NCBI RefSeq assembly: GCF_006345805.1
Contig: NC_043013.1
Location: 45,260,001-45,324,000, forward strand
DNA: 64,000 nt
Reading direction: 5' to 3'
Origin: Octopus sinensis
Taxonomy: Eukaryota
In this document: piece by piece, positions 35,198-49,179 of the stretch
How the letters are laid out: each line of letters opens with the position of its first letter
Position numbering within the stretch: position 1 is the first letter of the stretch
Made by a program: the position numbers and the translations under genes
The notes under the pieces: generated by a model
Seen by the model: the letters and a program-made list of their open reading frames with translations, nothing else
Told to the model about the DNA's origin: nothing
The model's database searches: none

Positions 35198-36393
35198 GTA
35201 TTTATGTATTTATGTGTGTATATATTTATATATATATATATACACATGCATATGTGTGTGTGTGTGGTTGTACCAGGCTCTATTGTCCATTCTGGCATGG
35301 TTTCTATGGCTGGATGCTTTTCTTAATGTAAAGTGGTTGGTGTTAGCAAGTGCATCCAGCTGTAGAAACCATGCCAGAACAGACAACGGAGTCTGGTGTG
35401 ATTCCTGGCCTTACCAGCACCTGCCAAACCATCCAACCCATGCCAGCATGGGAAGCAGATGTTAAATGATGATGGCAGTGGTGGTGGTGTTGGAGTCTTT
35501 TGTGTGTACTGGAGGTGGACATAACCAAGTGTATGGAGGTGTTGAATAAAATACCTTATAGTATTTTGTTGTATTCTAGTTCAGACCCTTCCCAAATCGA
35601 TTTTGCTCTTCCTCTTTCTCATTTCAACAAAATGAAATTCCAGACAAAGTCACGTGACTGATTTAATTGACTAAAAATCTCCAAACACAGAAATACAATA
35701 AAGAACCACTCCTTGTATCAGGAGTGGCTGTGTGGTAAGTAGCTTGCTTCCCAACCACACATGGTTCTGGGTTCAGTTCTAGTGTGTGGCACCTTGGGCA
35801 TGTGTCTTCTACTGTAGCCTCAGGCTGACCAAAGCCTTGTGAGTGGATTTGGTAGACAGAAACTGAAAGAAACCTATCGTATATGTGTGTATGTGTGCGT
35901 GTGTGTGATAATATCTGTGTTTCCCACCACCACCACTTGACAACTGGTGTTGGTTTGTTTATGCCCTTGTAAGCTAGCAGTTCAGCAAAATAGACCAATA
36001 GAATAAGTACCGGACTGGAGTTGATTCATTTGACTAAAACCTGTTGAAGGCAGTGCACCAGCATGGCCACAGTCAAATGACTGAAAGAAGTAAAAGATAA
36101 AAGATATACACCCAATCGCATTTACATATCATATACAAATATAAACAGTAGTGAAACACACACACTTGTGCACTAAAGTGACACATACACCCACGACATG
36201 AGTACAAGTCTATCCACTCATGCATAGAAAGTTCCGCACCTAGTAATACTTTCACATAACTACAAACTGCAGCTGCTCTGAAAGGCGAATTGATTTAAAT
36301 TCATTTTACATAATGGCATAAATGACATACACACACACATGTATTTATGTATGCATATCCATCAAACTATCTCTCTCTCTCTCTCTCTCTCTG

Positions 36394-36433
<40 letters not shown>

Positions 36434-36470
36434 AATCTCTCCCTCTCTGTATCTATCAATCTATCTATCA

Positions 36471-36502
<32 letters not shown>

Positions 36503-36658
36503 CCCTCTCTGTATCTATCCATCTATATACATACATATATACATGCATATATATATATATATTTAAAAAATATTGTTCAAACTAGTTTGGTATATATGTA
36601 AATAAATTTAATTTAAACAAGGTTTTCAAATTTAGGTGCATTTTCAACAACAAATTTG

Positions 36659-36708
<50 letters not shown>

Positions 36709-36925
36709 TACATGGTATTACATTGCACCTAACTATTTATTTTAATTTAAGATACACAAAGATCAGAACTTATCTGCAGCTCTTGGTGGTCCAAGTTGGT
36801 TATGCAATCTATGTGGCTATCTTTTCAAAACATTGTCTGGTTCAAAAAGCCACATCAGATGCCATAATTGTTCTAAGGTGTAGGTATAGGAGGTGGTCAA
36901 ACTCTGCATAAAGAGTAGACAACCA

Positions 36926-36970
<45 letters not shown>

Positions 36971-36987
36971 TCATCATTTAAGTTTAA

Positions 36988-37038
36988 TTTGTCAAAATAT
37001 TTTCGTCACTTTGAGACCACAACCTGTTCACTGACAAA
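36988..37038 (-). ncRNA. Candidate minimal hammerhead, G3-C8 variant (copy 3)
   Basis: Same core and stems I/III. Stem II GUUGU/GUGAC keeps all five pairs, three of them as G-U. Confidence 0.5.
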
Positions 37039-37287
37039 ATATATATATATAGACGAATAAATAAATGAATAGAGTTGAACGAAGATGTTAATAAAATTCT
37101 TTTACTTTTGACATATATTTTGAAGACAACATGGTTTTATTCCAAAAGAATAAACGGTGTAAGATGCAATCTTCTCATCAGGAAAAAATCAACTGCAAAT
37201 ATTTCTGACGTGAATTTAACACCCTGGTAACGGTTCATTGAATTTTCCTTGTTAACGGTAAACATAGGATAATTCATTCACCCATTG

Positions 37288-37430
<143 letters not shown>

Positions 37431-37989
37431 TCATCATCATCATCATCATCATCGTTTAACGTCCGCTTTCCATGCTAGCATGGGTTGGACGGTTCAACTG
37501 GGGTCTCGGGAGCCCGAAGGCTGCACCAGGCCAGTCAGATCTGGCAGTGTTTCTACAGCTGGATGCCCTTCCTAACGCCAACCACTCCGAGAGTGTAGTG
37601 GGTGATTTTATGTGCCACCGACACAGGTGCCAGACGAGGCTGGCGAACGGCCACGCTCGGATGGTGTTTTTTATGTGCCACCGACACAGGTGCCAGACAA
37701 GGCTGGCAGACGGCCACGCTCGGATGGTGTTTTTTATGTGTCACCGACACAGGTGCCAGACGAGGCTGGCGAACGGCCACGATCGGATGGTGTTTGTTAC
37801 GTGCCCACACCACGGAGGCCAGTCGATGCGGTACTGGCTATGGCCACGTTCGGATGGTTTTCTTATGTGCCACCGGCATTGGTACCACAAAGATACAAAT
37901 TCCATTGATGTTCATCTATTTTGATTTGGTTTGATTTTGATTTTGATTTTCACTTGCCTCAACAGGTCTTCACAAGTGTCACAGGTGGA

Positions 37990-38492
37990 CTGACTACGTC
38001 CCAAGTAGGGGCCACGGGTTATGGCCTCACTAGTCTTGCCGGGTCTTCTCACGCACAGCATACTTCCATAGGTCTCGGTCTCTAGTCATTTCCTTGGTGA
38101 GACCTAAAGTTCGAAGGTCGTGCTTCACCACCTCGTCCCAGGTTTTCCTGGGTCTACCTCTTCCACAGGTTCCCTCAACTGCTAGGGTGTAGCACTTTTG
38201 CACCAACTATCTTCAGCCATTCTCGTCACATGACCATACCAGCGCAGCCGTCTCTCTTGCACACCACAACTGATGCTTCTTAGGTTCAACTTTTCTCTCA
38301 AGGTACTTACACTCTGTCGATTATGAACACTGACATTACACATCCATCGGAGCATACTGGCTTCATTTCTTGCGAGCTTACGCATATCCTCAGCAGTCAC
38401 GGCCCATGTTTCACTACCATGTAGCATGGCTGTACGTACACATGCATCATACAGTCTGCCTTTTACTCTGAGCGAGAGGCCTTTTGTCACCA
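37990..38492 (-). mobile_element. RTE-X LINE 3' fragment
   Basis: ORF 38182..38490 has KGRLYDACVRTAMLHGSETW...RNEASMLRWMC...RRLRWYGHVTRM. Continues into the SINE-like tail at 37430-37985. Confidence 0.9.
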
Positions 38493-40279
38493 GATTTATA
38501 TATATATGTCAAAAAATTGTTGTTATTGTTGCTGACATCCTTGTCTTCCTTCATTGTCTTTTATTGTAAATTTTTTTCAGACCAACTCTGATTTAACAGG
38601 CTTATGATGATAGGTGTTTCAGTAATGGGAATTCCATCTTATTTATATGCATAAAAATACTGAGATGGAATTAACTACAAAATTTACAAAATGTTGCAAA
38701 GGTTGTATGCTGTGAAGAACTGATAATTTTATTTCAAGAATGGGCTTCTTACAAGAAGGAGTCATCTAATGAAAGACTTTTGTTATTTTGTATAACACAC
38801 ACACACACTCTATCTCTCTCTCCCACTCTCTCTCTCACACACACCTTTCTTGTTTTTACTTGTGTGTGAAATTAGTAAATGGAAACTAGTGAAAAAGCAG
38901 TGGATGTTTTATTCCTGTTCTTGAGTGGCATATTTAATGCATTGTCTTCTTTAGCATTACTACCTGGCCCTTAAATGTCTTTAACAGAGTTCACTCTTTT
39001 GCAAACTTTCAGGCCAACTCAACCAATTTGATGATTATTTTCTGCCTTTCTCTCAACTGGCTAACACTATAACCAAACATTATTATCATTTTTGCTAACT
39101 CGGCCCATCACTGATTTCTTCTGACTTAGTATTTCACTTTAAACTTGAGAAATGTGCACCAGTAAACACACAGTAAAAACAAAATTCTTCACCTTAATTT
39201 ACAGTACACGAGGGAGCCAAGCCAGCAAGAGAACCTCCACATTACTATTTGGCCTAGCAAAAATTGTGGCTAAGTCTTCCTAAAAGCATATCCTATCACC
39301 TTAAAGAAGGGACATATTAGATCACATAGTCCTACATACCCCTAAAAAGATGGGGTGGTAATGTCTTTGATTATTATCTTATATGTGTATGTATATATAT
39401 ATAAAAAGCACCCACTACACTCTCGGAGTGGTTGGCGTTAGGAAGGGCATCCAGCCGTAGAAACATTGCCAAATCAGACTGGGCCTGGTGCAGCCTTCTG
39501 GTTTCCAAGACCCCAGTTGAACCGTCCAACCCATGCTAGCATGGAAAGATGACGCTAAACGATGATGATGATGATATATATGTATGTATATATATATATA
39601 TGTATATGTATATGTATATATATATATATATACCTTCTTTTCTATAAACAATGTAATGTAGTGTAATAGAATGTAGGAACTTCCTTTTAAGGTATTATTA
39701 CTCTACATTACAATATTTTTGTTCTTATTTTTACCTATTTTATTCAATCTTACCTTATTTTACCCTACTCTATTATTGTAGCTGATCATTTGGACTCTCT
39801 GAAGAAGCCTTGAGGCTCAACCATTATCCAATTTCTGTCCAATGTTTGCCCATTCCTGTATATCACTGACATGATGAGGATGACTTGGAAGATTTTAAGG
39901 CCTCATGGCAGAAAGAGCTGTAAGGAATTTGTATCTGTACACTCATCAATTATTATTCATTCATTTATATACATATTATATATATATATATCTGCTTACG
40001 TATTTATTGGCTGATCTCATTCAGTTACTTGTATCACTTAACGCATGTTTGTTATCATCTAATAAATAGATATAATGGAATGTTTACTGGCTGATGTTTG
40101 TCGATTTTCTTATTTGCCTTATAAATCCTGGGTAACACCCATACCCAGTATTCAATTGCAATATTGCTATGCAATTGTAAGCACTTGGTTAAAAATACGT
40201 AGCTACACATCCAGTAGTATATTGGATATTTAATATCCCTTAGGTGGTTTCTTAATCTCTAACTCATACAGAGATATAA

Positions 40280-40545
40280 TAATGAAATTATTGTATACAT
40301 TGCTCAGGTGCACCACAACTCGTCAAAAGTGTGTATAAAGCATATGCAGTAATGTACAAATGTCTGAAAAGTGAACAGTGTATGAGTCAGATACATGCTT
40401 GCATGTGTATGGAGGGGAAAAAATCAGGTGTAGTGTTGGCGAATCTCAGGAAGCATAGAAGTTTAGAAGGATGCAGTACTCTGACAACTAACAACTGATG
40501 CCGGCAGTTTGTTCCATGTTTCAGCAACTCTTAGCGTGAAAAAAT
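40280..40545 (-). mobile_element. CR1-type LINE 3' end
   Basis: FFTLRVAETWNKLPASVVSC (ORF 40463..40651), the CR1 RT C-terminal FSxRVxxxWNxLP motif. Confidence 0.75.
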
Positions 40546-40619
40546 ATATATGTATATGTTGCCATGATAGATTGTTAGCCACTACACACATTTTTTTCTC
40601 TCCTTGTTTTTTCTGTGTC

Positions 40620-40657
40620 TCTTTCTGTAGAAGAGCGTAGGCTCGAAACATAAAAGA
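40620..40657 (+). ncRNA. Degenerate or variant hammerhead-like motif (CUGUAGA core)
   Basis: UCUUU-CUGUAGA-A-GAGC-GUAG-GCUC-GAAA-CAUA-AAAGA. A6 is replaced by U. Stem III ACAU may be a CpG-decayed ACGU. Confidence 0.4.
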
Positions 40658-41808
40658 CTTTTTCTATTCTTGAGCGTTATACTAATACATCTGTTTGTTT
40701 TGTACACCACCTGTCTTCGTCTTTTGTTTTTTTCGTAAACTCTCCCTATACATATATATTGTTATCTATATGTGTGTTATTATATATATATATACAAATA
40801 TATATTCATTTCAGGTTTATTTATTTATTTTTTTTTTTTGTACTTGTTTCAGTCATTTGACTGCGGCCATGCTGGGGCACCGCCTTTAGAGTGGTGAAAG
40901 AGTACAGCAGGGATCACCACCATCCCCTGCCGGAGCCTCGTGGAGCTTTTAGGTGTTTTCGCTCAATAAACACACACAACGCCCGGTCTGGGAATCGAAA
41001 CCGCGATCCTCCGACCGCAAGTCCGCTGCCCTAACCACTGGGCCATTGCGCCTCCTTATATATAGATGTATTTCAAAAGTTAGACAGTGAAGGAAAAAAA
41101 TAGATGGAAACTGGGTGAAAACAGAACAGACAGAAAAACACAATAGATGGAGCATTTGCAGCTGATTTTTTTCATCAGTTGGTTTCCAAGATGTCTTAGT
41201 GGTTTCATGCTATTTAAAACGAAGACCACTGTTATCAATGAGAGCGCCAGAGCACAGAGCTACAGGAAGATACTGAGAAATGTATGTGAAGAGAGGACAA
41301 AATAACATTGTATGTACAATAAGAAATAATGACCAGATATAACAGACAAGGAATGGTACATATGCAATAGAAAATGCCTTACACACACACACGTAATCCA
41401 GTCATAAAAACGATGCCAAAACATGAGAAGCAATGAGTCTAATCTGTAAAATGTACCAAAATAGACAGTGGAACTTGATGCAGTCCTCTGGCTTGTCATC
41501 TGTGAAACCTTATTTCTTTATGACCCACAAGGGGCTAAACACAGAGAGAGCAAACAAGGACAGACAAGCAGATTAAGTCGATTATATCGACCCCAGTGCG
41601 TAACTGGTACTTAATTCATCAACTCCGAAAGGACGAAAGGCAAAGTCGACCTCGGCGGAATTTGAATTCAGAACGTAATGGCAGACGAAATACGGCAACA
41701 CATTTCGCCCGGCATCCTAGCATTTCTGCCAGCTCGCCGCCTTCACAGCTCGTCATCTGTGAAATCATCCAACCTATGCCAGCATGGAAAACAGACATTA
41801 AATGATGA

Positions 41809-41842
<34 letters not shown>

Positions 41843-42212
41843 GTGGTGGTGGTGGTGGTGATAATGATGATAAAATATATATGCATATATATATGTGTGT
41901 GTGTTGTTATATATAACTTTCTTGATTTCTTTGTCAATTTCCAATTAAAATCACAATTTGTTGGTGTTTTTGCGTCTTTCATTTACGCAACAGGTGTTAA
42001 AGCCATATCACATGATGACATCATAGCTCCATCAACAATATATGTAAACTCTCTCTCTCCCACCTCACATACATAATTCAGTATGTTTATGAATAATTTC
42101 TACTGATGACAATGTAGAAAAAAAAACTATAAATATCTTTATATCATTATGACCATAAACATAATAGACTACCTGACATGAATTTATTGTGCTGAAACCT
42201 ATGCTCAGCAAG

Positions 42213-42214
<2 letters not shown>

Positions 42215-42246
<32 letters not shown>

Positions 42247-42266
42247 TCATCATCATTTAACGTCCG

Positions 42267-42302
<36 letters not shown>

Positions 42303-42366
42303 CTTATTTTGATTATATATATATGTTTATATGTTTATATGTAAGTATATATATCTATCAATCTAT

Positions 42367-42397
<31 letters not shown>

Positions 42398-42572
42398 TTA
42401 TATGTATGTATATACATGTGTGTATGTGTGCGTGTATGTGTGTGTATATATGTATATATATGTATGTATGTGTGTGTGTATATATGTATGTATGTGTGTA
42501 TGTATATGTATGTATGTGTATATATATATGTATATATGCATGTACACACACACACACAGATATATACATGTA

Positions 42573-42610
<38 letters not shown>

Positions 42611-42710
42611 CACACATACATACATATAAACACATATATATATGTATATGTGTGTATATATGTACATACATATACATATATATATATGTATGTATGTATA
42701 TATTATGAAG
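42215..42710. repeat. Large mixed (TA)n/(CA)n/(TATG)n microsatellite block. Similar blocks at about 36360-36560, 37290-37430, 45985-46280, 48720-48935, 50420-50635, 55580-56060
   Basis: Direct reading. These blocks account for the IYIY/VCVC low-complexity ORFs. Confidence 0.95.
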
Positions 42711-44127
42711 GCAATGAATGTAAAAAGAATGGAGACAGTATATATACACATATTTACACATGTTAGTGGTATGTTTTCTTCCTTGTTGTCAAAGGAAACT
42801 AAACAAAGCTTCATTCACCACCACCACCCCACACACACATACGCATACATGACACACCCACTCACACACATATCTGTACGTATGTTTATGAATGAATCTT
42901 TGTTCAGTTTCAATTTTTTTAGGCGTGGTCTCCATACCATGCATGTCTGTGGTGTGGTTCTCTTCAGATAGGAAGCATCAACCAAATGAAACTTAAACAG
43001 TCAAAGCGGCTGCAACGAATAAAATCGCTGAACGTTTTTTTTCATTTTATTATTGTTTCAATAGAGTTGTTTTTAAGATTTATATGCCCCAGCATGGCCA
43101 CAGCTCATTAGCTGAAACTGGAAAAATCAAAATCAAAATCAATCTCTTTTACTCTTTTACTTGTTTCAGTCATTTGACTGCGGCCATGCTGGAGCACCGC
43201 CTTTAGTCGAGCAAATCGACCCCAGGACTTGTTCTTTGTAAGCCCAGTACTTATTCTATCGCTCTCTTTTGCCGAACCGCTAAGTAACGGGGACGTAAAC
43301 ACACCAGCATCTGTTGTCAAGCAATGCTAGGGGGACAAACATAGACACACAAACACGCACACACACACATATATGTATATATACATATATACGACAGGCT
43401 TCTTTCAGTTTCCATCTACCAAATCCGCTCACAAGGCATTGGTCGGCCCGGGGCTATAGCAGAAGACACTTGCCCAAGATGCCACGCAGTGGGACTGAAC
43501 CCGGAACCATGTTGTTGGTAAGCAAGCTACTTACCACACAGCCACTCCTGTGCCTATATCTTTTAACTTTTACTTGTTTCAGTCATTAGACTGCAGCCAT
43601 GCTGGAGCACTGCTTCAGAGAATATTTAGTCTTAGTCAAATGTATTGACCCCAATACTAATTTTTTTTTTAAAGGCTGGTACTCATTTTATTGTTTTTTT
43701 TTGCTTGTTTTTTTTTTCCGAGCTGCTAAGTTACAGGAAAGTAAACATACTAATACCAGTTGTCAATCAGTGGTGGGGGACAAACACACGCACAAAAGCA
43801 TACATGTACACACACACACACACACACACACATGTGCTTACACGTACTCACGCACACACAAGCACACACGTGTGTTCACACACACACACACACACACACA
43901 CACGTGTGCTCTCTCACACACACATGCATAAGCACACATGTGTGCTCTCTCACACACACACACACACAAGCACACACACACACACACATATACATGACAG
44001 GCTTCTTCAGTTTCTGTCTACCGAATCCTCTCACAAGGCATTGGTTGATTTGAAGATACTTGCTCAAGATGCTACACAGTGGGGCTGAACATAGAACCAT
44101 CTGGTTGGAAAGTAAGCTTCTTATTCC

Positions 44128-45073
44128 TTTACTACCCACAAGGGGCTAAACACAGAGGGGACAAACAAGGACAGACAAACGGATTAAGTCGATTACATCG
44201 ACTCCAGTGCGTAACTAGTACTTAATTTATTGACCCTGAAAGGATGAAAGGCAAAGTCGACCTTGGTGGAATTTGAACTCTGAGCGTAACGGCAAAATAC
44301 CTATTTCTTTACTACCCACAAGGGGCTAAATATAAAGGGGACAAACAAAGACAGACAAACGGATTAAGTCGATTACATCGACCCCAGTACGTAACTGGTA
44401 CTTAATTTATCGACCCTGAAAGGATGAAAGGCAAAGTTGACCTCAGCAGAATTTGAACACAGAACATAATGGCAGACGAAATACCTATTTCTTTACTACC
44501 CACAAGGGGCTAAACACAGAGGGGACAAACAAGGACAGACAAACGGATTAAGTCGATTACATCGACTCCAGTGCGTAACTAGTACTTAATTTATTGACCC
44601 TGAAAGGATGAAAGGCAAAGTCGACCTTGGTGGAATTTGAACTCTGAGCGTAACGGCAAAATACCTATTTCTTTACTACCCACAAGGGGCTAAATATAAA
44701 GGGGACAAACAAAGACAGACAAACGGATTAAGTCGATTACATCGACCCCAGTACGTAACTGGTACTTAATTTATCGACCCTGAAAGGATGAAAGGCAAAG
44801 TTGACCTCAGCAGAATTTGAACACAGAACATAATGGCAGACGAAATACCTATTTCTTTACTACCCACAAGGGGCTAAACATAGAGGGGACAAACAAGGAC
44901 AGACAAACAAAGTCGATTACAGCGACCCCAGTGCATAACTGGTATTTAATTTATCGACCCTGAAAGGATGAAAAGGAAAGCTGACCTCGGTGGAATTTGA
45001 ACTCAGAACGTAATGGCAAAATACCGATAAGCATTTTACCCGGCGTGCTAATGTTTCTGCCAGCTTGCTACCT
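44128..45073 (-). repeat. Five-unit tandem array of SINE family D body (180/184-bp units, A-B-A-B-C, 364-bp higher-order period)
   Basis: ACTACCCACAAGGGG starts at 44131, 44311, 44495, 44675 and 44859. The tRNA-like head occurs only once, at the right end. Other family D copies at about 21115, 26965, 29750, 31245, 41515, 46865 and 61975. Confidence 0.9.
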
Positions 45074-46084
45074 TTCTGTTCTGTCTACCAAATCATCTCA
45101 CAAGGTTTCGGTCGGTTTGAGGTAATAGTAGAAGATACTTGCCCAAGATGCTACACAGTGGGGCCGAACTCCGAACCACACAGTTGATTACATTGATCCC
45201 AGGACTCAGATAATAGTTATTTTATCAACCCCAGTGGCATCTGAGCTCAGGACATAAAGACGAACAAAATGCAAGAGTTGGCGGCAGGAAAAGCATCCAG
45301 CCGTAAAAAATATGCCTCAACAAATCCTGCAAGTGTGTAAGTGGACATTAAACAATGGTGTTGACAATTATGATGATGATGAGGAGGAGGAGGATTATGC
45401 TATGTCATGTATCCCATAAGTCAATCATGTTTCTGTATTAGAAATATGTTGATCCTTATATCTTGCTTCAACACTAACAAGCGAGCCTCTACTGTGTTGT
45501 TAAAGTAGCTAAAAATAGCAACCAAATCTCACTCAGATCACTTCATACTGACTGTAAAAAAAAAGTATGACATGTTGGATAATGTAATTTAAAATATACT
45601 TTTAGAATAAAAGATGGGATGGTCATAGCTGGCATTCATCTGACTATAGATCTGCACAACCAATCATTTTTTACCTGAGGTTAAATGACAACAACAACAA
45701 CAACAACTACCTTACTATGTTTCATCTGACCTTGTTATTGTCATTTGAAGTTCACACCAGGTGACAATATAACAAGGTAAAGTACAATGCATTATTTGTT
45801 ATATATATATATATATATACATGTGCATGTGTGCATATGCATGTGTGTGCATGTGTGTGTTAAGGTGTAGCTATACCTGTTTCCAACATATATACTTACA
45901 CACACACACACACACACATTTATACAGACATAACAGAAGTAAATATATTTTAATGATTATAAGGGTATTTATTTACTTCTGTCGTGTGTGTATATGTATG
46001 TATATATGTATATATATGCATATATATATATGTGCGTATATATATATATATACACACGTATATATACATATATATATACATATA

Positions 46085-46133
<49 letters not shown>

Positions 46134-46148
46134 ATTATATATATATAT

Positions 46149-46227
<79 letters not shown>

Positions 46228-46584
46228 TATATATAATATATATATATATATATATGTATGTATACATATATATACACATATAGATACATGGAGTTAAATG
46301 GAGGTGTTATACAAATTCTTTTACTTCTGACACATGTTTCGAAGATATCACATATATACTCTTTTACTTGTTTCAGTCATTTGACTGCGGCCATCATGGA
46401 GCACCATCTTTAGTCGAGCAAATCGACCCCAGGACCTATTCTTTGTAAGCCTAGTACTTATTCTGTCGGTCACTTTTTGCCGAACTGCTAAGTTACAGGG
46501 ACGTAAACACACCACCATCGGTTGTCAAGCGATGTTGGGGGGACAAACACCGACACACAAACATATACACACACAAACATATAC

Positions 46585-46627
<43 letters not shown>

Positions 46628-47556
46628 ATATATATATACATACATATATATGACAGGCTTCTTTCAGTTTCTGTCTACCAAATCCACTCACAAGGCTTTG
46701 GTCGGCCCAAGGCTATAGTAGAAGACTGAACCTGGAACCATGCGGTTGGTAAGCAAGCTACTTACCATATACTAGCTGGACCTATAAAAAATTCACGGAA
46801 AACAAAAAATGTAAGCATCTGTAAACAGTGTTCTGGTGCCATGAGAAATGTTTATATATTATGACCGTCTGTCTTTACGTTCTGAGTTCAAATTCTGTCG
46901 AGGTCGACTTTGCCTTTCGTCCTTTCGGGGTCGATAAATTAAGTACCAGTTGTGTACCGAGGTTGATCTAATCAAGTGGTCCCCTCAACTAGTCATTGGA
47001 CTTTTGAGATCCTGTTACCATGACACTCTTGTTGACTATTTAAATATACATATAAGTACATTATGTTTATATAACAACGGACCCGAAAAAATTAATTGTA
47101 ACACTAAAAATGATAAGATAAAAAAACAACATTGTTTCGATTGGGCATGTGCTGTCGTCTCATAAATCTAGCTCCTGGTGAGCTAATGTACACTAGTTTC
47201 TGCAAGAAATAGCAGCCAAACTTCCCTTTTGGACATAAGATAATAACGCAACCCAATGATATAGTAGAGGACATTTGCCCAAGGTGCCATACAGTGGGAC
47301 TGAACTCAAAGCCATTTTGTGCAAAAGTAAACTTCTCAACCACAACTTATGTCATGGAACAGTATATTATATATTCTTTTACTTGTTTCAGTCACTTGAC
47401 TGTGGCCATGCTGGAGCACCGCCTTTAGTCAAGCAAATCGACCCCAGGATTTTTTTCTTTGTAAGCCTAGTACTTATTCTATCTGTCCCTTTCGCTGAAC
47501 CGCAAGGTTATGGGAACAAACACAGACACACAAACATATACACACACACACATACA

Positions 47557-47614
<58 letters not shown>

Positions 47615-48259
47615 GCTTCTTTCAGTTTCCGTTTACCAAATCCACTTACAAGGCTTTGGTCAGGCCTGAGGTTATAGTAGAAGACACTTGCCCAAGGTGC
47701 TATGAAGTGAAACTGAACCTGGAACTATGTGGTTGGTAAGCAAGCTACTTACCACACACCCACTCCAGGCATGTGGTGTCAGTAATTACTCAGGGTAGGC
47801 AGTTGGTGACCTTTATGTAGTAAAACACACAAAAAATAGGCGAAACACAACCATATGACGGAGTTGAAGGCAGATTTACTTCTGCCTTTATAGCATGTAA
47901 AGAAAACATTGTTGTAGGAGTGTACACAGCATGTGTGCTACAACAATACTATGCATAGCTTAAATACTGAGATTGAAAGGCAGGGGCAAATTATGCCTAC
48001 TTAATCTACAAAAAAATAGAATATTTTGCATTTTATAATTTTATTGAATTAGGTGCATATTTTGCCATAAAAGGAAAATGTTGCTATTGATCTATTTTAT
48101 TTAAGGTAGGCAGTGCCTACTTTTCCTACCTAGGCAGCATTTCCCTGATACATATACATATACATACATACATACATCATACATACATACATACATACAT
48201 ACATACATACATACATACATACACTCACACATACATACATACATACATATATATATATA

Positions 48260-48600
48260 TCTCTTATTATAAAAGGCAGATTTTATCTGCCTCCCTTTGT
48301 CAGTTATAGAAATCTACAATATAGGATTTCTTCCATTACAATTTACCTAGCATTTTTAAGAGTAGAATGCATCGGGTCATGCCAGGTCCAGTTTTTAAAA
48401 TTTAAACTCCAATTAAGCAAAATTTACAGAAAACTCACATTCTGGTGTGTATGTCAAATGCTTTTCTTAGTCTGGTTTACAGCACACGCAAACGCACACA
48501 CACAGTGTGCAACGAATAAAGTGAAACTAATTCAGTGTGTTGACAGGTAGACAATAGAATGCGATGACGATGGCGATGTAATATTTGTTTCTGTCTATGA
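48260..48600 (+). mobile_element. Probable Helitron 5' fragment
   Basis: A|TCTCTTATTATAAAAGGCAGA start typical of non-autonomous Helitrons. No 3' hairpin/CTAG end was located. Confidence 0.5.
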
Positions 48601-49179
48601 CGCTGATAGATACATGAGTAAAATGTATGGGAAGCTAAGAGATAAGAGTGAGTGAAAATGTTCTTGGAAGAGAGTAAATGGCGAGAGAGAGTGATTTGAG
48701 GAAGACTTTACATTAAATAGCGTAGTGGCTTGTGTTAGTAATAAAGTAAACATACACTCATACATACATACATACATACATACATACATACATACATACA
48801 CACACATACACACACACATACATACTACACACACACATACATACATACACACATACATACATACATACATATACATACTACATACATACATATACATACT
48901 ACATACACACACACACACCTACACACACACACACAGTATTGAAGCTTGAGAACAATCAGATACATTTGCAACAGATCTGTTGAAAATATTATTGTTCACA
49001 CACATACATATACATATATACATACAGACAGACAGACAGATAGACACACCACAACACATGATCCAGCATGGCCACAACCTCAAGGCTGAAACATATAAAA
49101 GAATAACAGAATATAAATGTGTGCATGTGTGTGAGAGAGAGTGTGTGTGTATATGTATGTATGTATGTATATATATATA

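Noticed and set aside
38604-38672. C/D-box snoRNA (ATGATGA...CTGA) or pre-miRNA hairpin
   Set aside because: No terminal stem, not in an identified host intron, and the hairpin stem is too short and AT-rich.
39795-39825. CTGAAGA-AGCC-TTGA-GGCT hammerhead-like start
   Set aside because: No GAAA follows (CAAC instead) and there is no stem I partner.
42323-42971. Long IYIY/VCVC ORFs here and at 45821-46297, 55422-56183 and similar sites
   Set aside because: Dinucleotide microsatellites lack stop codons, so these are not genes.
44128-45073. CRISPR-like array
   Set aside because: The units are 180-bp SINE bodies with no unique spacers, in a eukaryotic context.
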